Part shown: one piece after another, positions 12,001 through 20,000 of the stretch
Numbering within the stretch: position 1 is the first letter of the stretch
Layout of the letters: each line of letters starts with the position of its first letter
DNA from: Chiloscyllium plagiosum
Lineage: Eukaryota
Direction: 5' to 3'
Length of the DNA: 20,000 nucleotides
NCBI RefSeq assembly: GCF_004010195.1
Contig: NW_025215326.1
Location: 64,908-84,907 of the forward strand
Program-made: the position numbers and the translations under genes
The notes under the pieces: model-generated
Told to the model about the DNA's origin: nothing
The model's database searches: none
Seen by the model: the letters and a program-made list of their open reading frames with translations, nothing else

Positions 12001-14205
12001 CCCCCCCGTCCTTGGATCACCACATGGGGCACACCAGGAAGTGAGCAATAGCCCAGCACACACACACTCCTGTCCATGGATCAGCACATGGGGCACACCG
12101 TGTAGTGAACAGCAGCCCAGCAGACACACACCCCTGTCCATGGATCACCACATGGAGCACTCCGGGAAGTGAACAAGAGCCCAGCACACACCTCCCTGTC
12201 CATAGATCACCAAATAGGGCACACCGGGAAGTGAACAATAACCCAACACACACACCTCCCTCTTCATCGATCACCACATGTGCACACCAGGAAGTGAACA
12301 ATTGCCCAGCACACACACGTCCCTGTCCATGGATCACCACATGAGGCATACCAGGAAGTGGACCATAACCCAACACACACACCCCTGTCCATGGATCACC
12401 ATGGGGCATACTGGGAAGTGAACAGCAGCCAAACACACACACCCCTGTCCATGGATCACAACATGGGGCAGACCGGGAGGTGAACAATAAGCCAGGACAC
12501 ACGCACGCCTGTTCATGGATCACCACATGGAGAACTCCGGGAAGTGAACAAAAGCTCAGCACACACCTCCCTGTCCATAGATCACCAAATATGGCACACC
12601 GGGAAGTGAACAATAACCCAGCACACACAGATCCCTGTCCATGGATCACCACATGCGGCACACCGGGAAGTGAACAATAGACCAGCACACACACACCTCC
12701 CTGTCCATGGATCACCAAATGGGGCAAACTGGGATGTGAACAATAGCCCAGCACACACACCTCCCTGTCCATGGATCAACACATGGGGCACACCGTGAAG
12801 TGAACAGCAGCCCAGCAGACACACACCCCTGTTCATATATCACCACATTGGACACACCGGGAAGTGAACAATAACCCAGCACACACTCACCCCTGTCCAT
12901 GGATCACCACATGGGGCACACCGGGAAGTGAACAATAGCCCAGCACACACACACCTCCCTGTCCATGGATCACCACATGGGGCACACCAGGAAGTGAGCA
13001 ATAGCCCAGCACACACACACTCCTGTCCATGGATTACCACAAGGGGCATACCTGGAAGTGAACAATAGCCCAGCACACACCTCCCTGTCCATGGATCACC
13101 ACATGGAGCACACCGGGAAGTGAACCGCAGCCCAGCACTCACCTACCTGTCCATGGATCACCACATGGAACACCGGGAAGTGAACAATAGCCCAGCACAC
13201 CTCCCTGTCCATGGATCACCACATGGAGCACACCAGGAAGTGAGCAATAGCCCAGCATACACGCACCCCTGTCCATCGATCAGCACATGGGACACACCGG
13301 GAAGTGAACAATAACCCAGCACACACACACCCCTGTCCATGGATCACCACATGGGGCACACCGGGAAGTGAACAATAGCCCAGCACACACACACTTCCCT
13401 GTCCATGGATCACCACATGGGGCACACCAGGAAGTGAGCAATAGCCCAGCACACAATCACTCCTGTCCATGGATCACCACATGGAGCACACCGGGAAGTG
13501 AACCGCAGCCCAGCACACACCTCCCTGTCCATGAATCACCACATGGGGAACACCGGGAAGTGAACAATAGCCCAGCACACCTCCCTGTCCATGGATCAGC
13601 ACATGGGGCACACCGGGAAATGTACAATAGCCCAGCACACACACACCTCCCTGTCTATGTATCACCACATGAGGCATACCGGGAAGTGAACAATAACCCA
13701 GCACGCACACACCCCTGTCCATGGATCACCACATGGTGCACACCGGGAAGTGAACACAATCCAAACGCACACTCCCCTCTTCATGCATCACCACATGCGG
13801 CACACTGGGAAGTGATCAGCAGCCAAATACACACACACCCCTGCCCATGGAGCAGTACATGAGATACTCCGGGAAGTGAGCAACAGTCAAACACATGCAC
13901 TCGTGTCCATGGATCACCACATGGTGCACACCATGCAGTGAACAACAATCCAGCACACACCTCACTGTCTATGGAGTCTGACATATGACACACCGGGAAG
14001 TGTGCAACAGTCAAACAGACACCCCTGTCCATGGAGTACCACATGAGACACACGACGAAGTGAACAACAGCCCAGCACTGACCTCCTTGTCTATGGACAA
14101 CCACATGGAACACACCTGGAAGTGAACAATACCCCAGCACACACACCCCTGTCTATGGAGCACCACATGGAACACACCGGGAAGTGAACAGCAGTCTGAC
14201 ACATA
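1..14205. repeat. Large tandem array (satellite/minisatellite) of a ~64-bp unit, consensus CCCTGTCCATGGATCACCACATGGGGCACACCGGGAAGTGAACAATAGCCCAGCACACACACAC; runs off the left edge of the window
   Basis: Unit read directly and repeated head-to-tail across the span. Unit length mostly varies ~58-66 bp through the internal (CA)n tract. The + strand is strongly A/C-rich and T-poor. Units diverge after ~13740 and the last recognisable one ends ~14205. Confidence 0.98.
4157..4254. other. Assembly gap (98 N) inside the array
   Basis: Run of N in the sequence; the true array length is therefore unknown. Confidence 0.99.
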
Positions 14206-14726
14206 CCATTTCATTGTTTCTGAGCTTCGCAATGCCAGCTCTCGATACACTAGGGATCCAAATGGGACCCACAGCCGGGACATTCAGGAGACCACGAGCC
14301 ATTAGTTTTGCACACTGTTTCTGAGCTTCATAATGATTTCCCCGGGATTCCAGGGATACGAGCACCACCGGCCAGGTTAAGGTACAGAAGGTCGGATTTT
14401 CATGTTACAACTGGATGATTACTTGATCGACAAGTTCAGTAAACGTGGCTCTTCTCAGACAAATAGGATTAACTGGATGAGTAGTACTTTTTTAGGTCCA
14501 ATAACAAAAATAAAAATATGAAGTAAATGTGCTGACAAATCAGCTGAAATCCACGTCACAGAATCAGACACCATAATCCAGATGATTTATCTGTGCAGCA
14601 TGTAGCAGTGTTCAGACCAGGCTAGTGTACTGCTCAATACAATCCAGCAATCTGTGCAGACCACGCCAGTCCATAAACTACCTCACAAGCACTGGGAGCT
14701 ATGCAGTGAACAGCAGTGAATTGTTA

Positions 14727-14850
14727 TGTAAACCAGGAGCATTTACCCTCCCAGCATGTAGATCAGTGTACGCCACCCCAGGGCATGGATCTGTAAACCA
14801 GGAGCAGTTACCCTACCAGCATGTAGAGCTGTGTCCACTGCCCCAGTGCA
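14727..14850. repeat. Degenerate two-copy tandem repeat, period 65 bp
   Basis: TGTAAACCAGGAGCA(T/G)TTACCCT(C/A)CCAGCATGTAGA occurs at 14727 and 14792. Confidence 0.75.
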
Positions 14851-14974
14851 TTGTTCAGTAACACTGTGTTAGATCACTGTCCAGCGAGGGGAAACCTGCA
14901 GCCCATGCTGGAAGTGTCAGGATGTGCAGCTCCAATCCATTTGCAGCTCCATGTCTCCATTGTATCAATGGATG

Positions 14975-15247
14975 TAGAATATCTCAAGAGGAAGGAGGAA
15001 AATGACTTAGGGTTAACTAGGCAAGGATCAGACAAGGCTCCCGAGGGTTACAAGGTAGTCAGGAAAGAAGTGAAGAATAATCTCAGGAGAGCGAGAAGCG
15101 GGCATGAAAAAAAAACTTGGTGAGTAGGATTAAAGTAAAATTAAGATGTTCTATACTTTTGTGAGGAACGAGATGATTGCTTTAGTGAGGGTAGGGCTCA
15201 TCAGGATAGTGGAGGGTACTTGCGCCAGGAGTCGGAGGAGGTAGGGG
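14975..15247 (+). mobile_element. CR1 LINE ORF2 fragment (linker between endonuclease and RT), degraded
   Basis: Translates as KRKEE...GSDKAPEGYKVVRKEVKNNLRRARSGHEK, then frameshifted SRIK...FYTFVRN...VRVGLIR...ESEEVGE. This resembles the CR1 linker and is homologous to GSVRALEGYKVARKDLKREL in the adjacent minus-strand element. Confidence 0.8.
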
Positions 15248-15338
15248 AACATAGAACATAAAACACTACAGCGCAGTACAGTCCCTTCGGCCCTCGATGT
15301 TGCGCCAACCTGTCATACCAAACTGAAGCCTACCTAAC
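15248..15338 (-). other. CR1 3' UTR and short-repeat tail
   Basis: Follows the ORF2 stop at 15339; contains the GGGCCGAAGGG motif and a terminal TGTTTTATGTTCTATGTT on the minus strand. Confidence 0.8.
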
Positions 15339-16430
15339 TTACACTATTCCATGTACATCCATATGCTTGTCCACTGCGGACTTAAATGTACTTAAAGTTG
15401 GCGAATCTACTACTGTTGCAGGCAAAACATTCCAAAGCTCTCTCTTTAGGTCTTTCCTGGCTACCTTGTAACCCTCAAGTGCCCTAACTGAGCCTTCACA
15501 TCCCATCCTAACATAAGTCATCGTCCTCCTCTTGACCAGAGATTCCACTTCATTCGTAAACCACCGCTCCCGCACTCTACAGCTTTCTCCCTGCCTGACA
15601 GGTACATACATATCTAGGACACACAGTAGCTTTTCCTTGAATAAGCTCCACATTTCTAATGTGCTCATCCCCAGCAGTTTCCTTCCCCATCATATGCTTC
15701 CTAAATCTTGCCTAATGGCATCGTAACTGCCTTTCCCCCAGCTGTAACTCTTGCCCAGTGGTATACACCTATCCCTTTCTATCACTAAAGTAAACGTAAC
15801 AGAATTGGATTGCTATCAACAAAGTGCTCACCTACTTCCAAGTCTAACACCTGACCAGGCTCATTACCCAGTATCAAAATTAATGTGGCTTCGCCCCTTG
15901 TTGGGCTGCCTATATACTGTGTCAGGAAGCCCTCCTGCACACACTGGACAAAATCTGACCCCTCTATAGTACTCGTACTATAGTGTTCCTGTTCAATATT
16001 TCAAAAGTTGAAGTTCCCCATTACATCTACCCTGTCTCTGTCACTCCTATCGAGAATCATCTTTGCTATCCTTTCCTATACATCTCTGGAACTATTCGGA
16101 GGCCTATCAAAAACTCCCAACGGGGTGACCTCTCCTTTCCTGTTTCTAACTTCAGCCCATACCACCTCAGTTGACGAGTCCTCAACCATCTTTTCTGCAA
16201 CTGCAATACTGTCCTTGACCAACAATGTAACATCTACCCCTCTTTTACCATCTTCTCTGTTCTTCCTGAAACATCTAAATCCTGGAACCAGCAACAACTA
16301 TTCCTGTCCCTGCTCTATCCATGTCTCCGAAATGGCCACAACATCGAAGTCCCAGGTACCAACCCATGCTGCAAGTTCACCCACCTTATTCCGAATGCTC
16401 CTGGCGTTGAAGTAGACACACTTCAAACCA
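15339..16430 (-). pseudogene. CR1 ORF2 remnant: APE endonuclease + linker fused to the C-terminal ~31 aa; disrupted
   Basis: Manual translation gives LKCVYFNARSIRNKVGEL...FDVVAISETW...PGFRCFRKNR...RPPNS...VMGNFNF...FLTQYIGSPTRGEATL, with in-frame stops and degraded GDFN and SDH motifs. It ends in ...KDLKREL-WNVLPATVVDSPTLSTFKSAVDKHM. Confidence 0.9.
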
Positions 16431-16542
16431 ACTTCTTGCTTGCCAGCGCCATCTTGCGTCCCTGAAACTTGATTTTAGACCTCCCTACTCTCAACCCTTT
16501 CTATACTCGAACTACAATTTTGGTTCCCATCCCCCTGCTGGA

Positions 16543-17480
16543 TTAGTTTAAACCCACCCCAATAGCCTTAGCGAATTCCACTCCCCCCTAGGAGATTGGT
16601 ACCCCTCTAGTTCAGATGAAGCCCTCCTGCTTGTAGAGTTCTCACCTACCCCAGAAAGAGCCCCAATTATCCAAGAATACAAAACCCTCCCTCCTGCACC
16701 ATCCCTGTAGCCACGTGTTCACCTTCTCTCTCTCCCTATTCCTTGCCTCACCAGCACGTGGCACGGGCAAGAAACCAGAGCCAACAACTCTGTTTGTCCT
16801 AGCTCTAAGGTTCCATCCTAGCTCCCTGACTTTCTGCCTTTAATCCCCATCTCTCTTCCTACCTGTGTCGTTGGTGCCTACGTGGACCACGACTTGGGGC
16901 TGCTCCCTCTCCTCCTTAAGGATCCCAAAAACACGATCAGTGACATCACGAACTCTGGCACCTGGGAGGCAACACACCAACCGTGAGTCTTTCTCGTCCC
17001 CACAGAACCTCCTATCTGTCCCCCTAACTATGGAGTCCCCAATGACTACTGCTCTGATCCTCTTCCCCTTTCCCGTCTGAGCAGCAGGGACAGACGCTGT
17101 GCCAGATCCCTCTACCCCACTGCTTTCCCCTGGTAAGTCCCCGCCCCATAGTATCCAAAACGGTATATTTATTGTTGAGGTGAATGGCCACAGGGTTATC
17201 GCTGCACTGCCTGCCGGGTCCCTTTCTGTCCCCTGACTGTAATCCATTTACCTTTTTCTAGTACCTGAAGAGTGACTACCTCCCTGTAACTCCACTCAAT
17301 AACCCCCTCTGCCTCCCAAATGATCCGAAGTTCATCCAGCTCCAGCTCCAGTTCCATAACGCGGTTTTCAAGGAGCTGGAGTCAGGTGCACTTACAGCAG
17401 ATGAAGTCAGCAGGGACACTGGTGGTGAACCTTACCTCCCACATTCTGCAGGAGGAACATTCAACTGCCCTCACCTCCAT
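16543..17480 (-). pseudogene. CR1 ORF1: CxxC/CxxC zinc finger, leucine zipper and SGNH/GDSL-like esterase; disrupted
   Basis: ATG at 17480 gives MEVRAVECSSCRMWEV...DFICCKCT*LQLLENRVMELELELDELR. Downstream motifs are AVVIGDSIVRG, CCLPGARV, VVVHVGTND and VNTWLQGWCRREGFVFLDNW, ending GLN* at 16543. Premature stops at 17382-17384 and 16840-16842, plus frameshifts. Confidence 0.92.
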
Positions 17481-17677
17481 TTCCACTAGTCTAAATTCCC
17501 AAAGAGACTGTTGAAAAAAAATAAGGAATAAAAAACTCGTTAACTTCCCAAGCTGTGGCACAGGTACGTTGTTTTTGGTTAAAGGAGGAGGATGGGTGCT
17601 TTTACAGATTATAAGGCAAGGTGAGATTTTCTGGGTGTTTGGTTTAATTCACAAACAGGTTCATTGCTGTGGCGTAA

Positions 17678-17760
17678 CAGCACACTTGGAACATTGTGTT
17701 CAGTTCTGGTCGCCTTGTTATAGGATAATGTAGAAGCTATAGTGAGGGTGCAGAGGAATC
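17678..17760 (+). mobile_element. Small CR1 ORF2 C-terminal fragment
   Basis: Translates as HLEHCVQFWSPCYR, then after a 1-nt shift VEAIVRVQR; matches the CR1 motif RPHLEYCVQFWSP...LERVQRR. Confidence 0.8.
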
Positions 17761-17854
17761 CCAAGGGATCAACAGAAATATTGGCACACACCACACGATC
17801 GAGTGAAATATTGAGGAAGTCACCACCCGAAAAATAAATACTGGCAGATTCTGC

Positions 17855-18060
17855 ATGTCTGTATAAACGTCAATGTGTCAGTGTTTGTGGTGTGCCTGTA
17901 CTGATGCCTGTATATCTGTGTGTGCACGTGCATCAGTGTATTGGCATTTCTCTCTGTGTACTTTTGTATCTGTTTGACTGCACCAGTCTCTATGTGAGCC
18001 TGTGTATCTATATGCATATCTTTGTGTATCTGCGTGTCTCTGTGCGTATCCGTGTGCACA
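17855..18060. repeat. Degenerate (TG)n-rich low-complexity tract
   Basis: Interrupted TGTG/TGTA/TCTG runs. Confidence 0.65.
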
Positions 18061-18237
18061 GCGGATCTGCCAGCCTCTGTGGTGTTTAGAGTTATGCAAT
18101 GTCCGCCTCTGCTGGCCTTCACACTCTACTGCATTGATGGCAGTGAAGGGAGAAAACCGTAAGGGATTCAGTCTAGGAAGTGGGGAGAGGGAGGTAGATT
18201 ATAGCACCATCCAAACTGACAGCACCATCTGCACATG

Positions 18238-18253
18238 CACACACACACACACA
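18238..18253. repeat. (CA)n microsatellite
   Basis: Uninterrupted CA run. Confidence 0.8.
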
Positions 18254-18839
18254 CTGTTGGGTATAGGGAGGATCATAATTGTACTGAGGACACTTAGAGT
18301 GGCGAATGCGCCTGAGTAATATCTGTGCTCTCTCTGCAATGTGAAAGTGATTTGTCTTTGAAGATTATTCGTTACACAGAGTGTACATCTTAAAGAATAT
18401 TTCCACTGCAACTGCATCCAAGCAACTCTGACCAAATCATCTGTAAGGTGATGTGATGAATTCATTACATGTTCTTTAAATTGAAATATTCTATAATTCA
18501 CCCCTACAAGGTGTCAGTGAGAAAGGATTGAAAAGACCTGAAACTGACCCAGTGGTGATGGTAATATATCTAGGTATCAGAAAAAACTGTTCTGTGCATC
18601 GAAAGATATTTGCAAAACCAAACAGCCGTGCAATGTGAGAGATTCACAGTATTTGATGTCCTCTGATAGAAAAAAAAACTGACACTTGTGCAGTGGCATG
18701 GGGAGACCAGCAGAGGGTGGTGGCATTGTATGACTATAAACTTAACAGGGACAGACGTCGAGGTGGAAGAGGGGAGTAAGGGTTTATCTCAATTTCCATG
18801 GATTTACCCTCAAAATCACAGAGCCATCATTTCACAGAG

Positions 18840-18940
18840 ATGTACACAAACGTGCATAGACACATTAAACACACAACACGCATACATACAGATATGGACA
18901 GTTACACACAAACACATGCACACGCCCGCGCACAGACACT
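18840..18940. repeat. Degenerate (CA)n-rich tract
   Basis: Interrupted ACAC/ACAT runs. Confidence 0.6.
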
Positions 18941-18944
18941 GTGT

Positions 18945-19102
18945 TTTCTTTAAGATAGAGATAAGTACGTTTTTCATGAATAAGGGAAACAATAGTCAGT
19001 TGGTGAAGGTAAGGGAATGTGTCTGAGAAACATTTTAACCGTGATCAAATGGAACAGCAGATCCAAAGAGCTAAATGGCCTAATTCTGTTCCAATTTCCT
19101 AT
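18945..19102 (+). mobile_element. Old CR1-type 3' end (ORF2 tip + 3' UTR)
   Basis: FKIEISTFFMNKG resembles the ORF2 terminus (FKxEIDxFLxxKG), followed by ...AAATGGCCTAATTCTGTTCC...CCTAT, which resembles an elasmobranch CR1 3' UTR. Recognised from memory, not aligned. Confidence 0.6.
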
Positions 19103-19124
19103 TTTGAGAAGGGATTCATTATGG

Positions 19125-19645
19125 AATTCGAATTTGAATGCCGATTACTGGGTCAAATGTAGGATTCGTAGCAGTGTGGAGGAACAAACGGATCTGGGGT
19201 CCATGTCTGTAGTTGTCTCAGTTGCCACCTAAGTTGATAGGGTTGTTAAGAAGGCGTATGGTGTGTTGGTTTTCATTAGAAGGGGGACTGAGTTGAAGAG
19301 CCGCAAGATTATGCTGCAGGTCTATAAAGCTCTGGTGAGACCACATTTGAAATGTTCTGGTCGCTTCAGTAAAGAAAGGATATGGAAGCTTTAGAGCGGG
19401 TGCAGAGGAGATTTACCAGAATGCTGCCTGGACTCGAGGGCTTGTCTTATGAAGAAAGGTTGAGGGAGCTATGGCTTTTTTCATTGGAGTAAAGAAGGAT
19501 GAGAGGTAACTTGATAGAGCTGAACAAGATGGTAAGAGTTACAAACAGAGTAAATAGCCAGAGACGTCTTCCCACGAATGATTGTCACGAGGTGAGCATA
19601 ATTTTAAGGTGTTTGGAGAAAGGTTTTGGAAGATGTCAAAGGCAG
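19125..19645 (+). mobile_element. CR1 ORF2 fragment C-terminal to the RT core, degraded
   Basis: Frameshifted motifs SSVEEQTDLG, QVDRVVKKAYGVL-like, LYKALVRPHL, MEALERVQRRFTRMLPGLEGLSYEERLREL and RRMRGNLIE. Truncated by the minisatellite. Confidence 0.9.
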
Positions 19646-19877
19646 TGAGACACCAGCCTCCCCTCTCTCTCCCCACAAACCGGGCCACAGGTACACTGAG
19701 ACAGCTGTGCTACCACTGAGATATCATGTCCCTCTCCCCCTCCCCCCGAAAGGTTTTGGAAGATGTCAAAGGCAGTGAGACACCAGCCTCCCCTCTCTCT
19801 CCCCACAAACCGGGCCACAGGTACACTGAGACAGCTGTGCTACCACTGAGATATCATGTCCCTCTCCCCCTCCCCCC
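19618..19877. repeat. Exact 130-bp tandem duplication (19618-19747 / 19748-19877)
   Basis: Both copies start GAAAGGTTTTGGAAGATGTCAAAGGCAG and read identically by eye through CCCTCTCCCCCTCCCCCC. Confidence 0.95.
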
Positions 19878-20000
19878 CCGCAACCGGTGTTCCTGGTACT
19901 GTGAGACAGCCGTGCTAACCACAGAGACACCATGCCCTCCTCCCCTCCCCCAAAGCCAGGTCCCTGGTTCTGTGAGACAGCCGTGCTAACCACTGAGACA
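19646..20000 (-). repeat. ~71-bp minisatellite derived from a tRNA-related SINE head, separated by G-rich (minus-strand) spacers; continues past the window
   Basis: The minus strand reads GGTGTCTC(A/T)GTGGTTAGCACGGCTGTCTCACAG(A/T)ACCAGG, close to the shark tRNA-SINE 5' end GGTGGCTCAGTGGTTAGCACTGCTGCCTCACAGCGCCAGGGACC (from memory). CTGTGAGACAG recurs at 19899 and 19970. Confidence 0.75.

Larger units (their letters stand above)
15248..17600 (-). mobile_element. CR1-clade LINE, internally deleted (partial 5' UTR, ORF1, endonuclease, linker, ORF2 C-terminal tip, 3' UTR/tail; no RT)
   Basis: Domains are collinear on the minus strand. The 3' end reads GGGCCGAAGGGACTGTACTGCGCTGTAG followed by a TTCTATG-type short-repeat tail (CATAGAACATAAAA on +). 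The 5' boundary is approximate. Confidence 0.9.

Noticed and set aside
173..14146. Numerous Cys/Val/Gly- and His/Pro/Thr-rich ORFs (metallothionein-, keratin-associated- or zinc-finger-like appearance)
   Set aside because: The unit length is ~64 and varies by 2 nt, so frames rotate. The same three peptides appear in all frames and no frame is preserved, which marks them as translation artefacts of the satellite.
1..14205. CRISPR-like conserved repeat plus variable spacer layout
   Set aside because: The variable segments are homologous to each other rather than unique spacers, there are no cas genes, and the context is vertebrate LINE DNA.
1..14205. Satellite-encoded hammerhead ribozyme, as in some amphibian satellites
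   Set aside because: No CTGANGA...GAAA catalytic core is present in the consensus on either strand.
16008..16415. 135-aa plus-strand ORF
   Set aside because: It is the antisense shadow of the CR1 endonuclease region.
17820..19026. ORFs 17820-18122, 18002-18319, 18199-18501 and 18688-19026
   Set aside because: They run through low-complexity CA/TG tracts or AT-rich unique DNA with no recognisable domain. A small host exon cannot be excluded but is unsupported.
19880..20000. tRNA gene
   Set aside because: Only the 5' half-like sequence is present, with no T-arm/B box or acceptor stem closure; it is SINE-derived.

Overview
Eukaryotic, repeat-only DNA with no intact host gene. The CR1 and SINE sequence style suggests a cartilaginous fish (inference). 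Positions 1-~14205 are one tandem array of a ~64-bp unit (about 220 copies estimated from length, with an N gap at 4157-4254). The array has nested higher-order duplications, a methylation-type CpG decay signature and a degenerate right edge. All Cys/Val/His-rich ORFs in it are repeat artefacts. The rest is decayed CR1 LINE material. The most notable piece is a minus-strand CR1 (~15248-17600) that keeps ORF1 (zinc finger/leucine zipper + SGNH esterase), the APE endonuclease and the 3' UTR/tail, but has lost the whole reverse transcriptase through an in-frame fusion at ~15434. The window ends in a second minisatellite built from the tRNA-like head of a SINE, with an exact 130-bp duplication spanning the LINE/minisatellite junction. 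I see no convincing new protein-coding system; the interest lies in repeat architecture.
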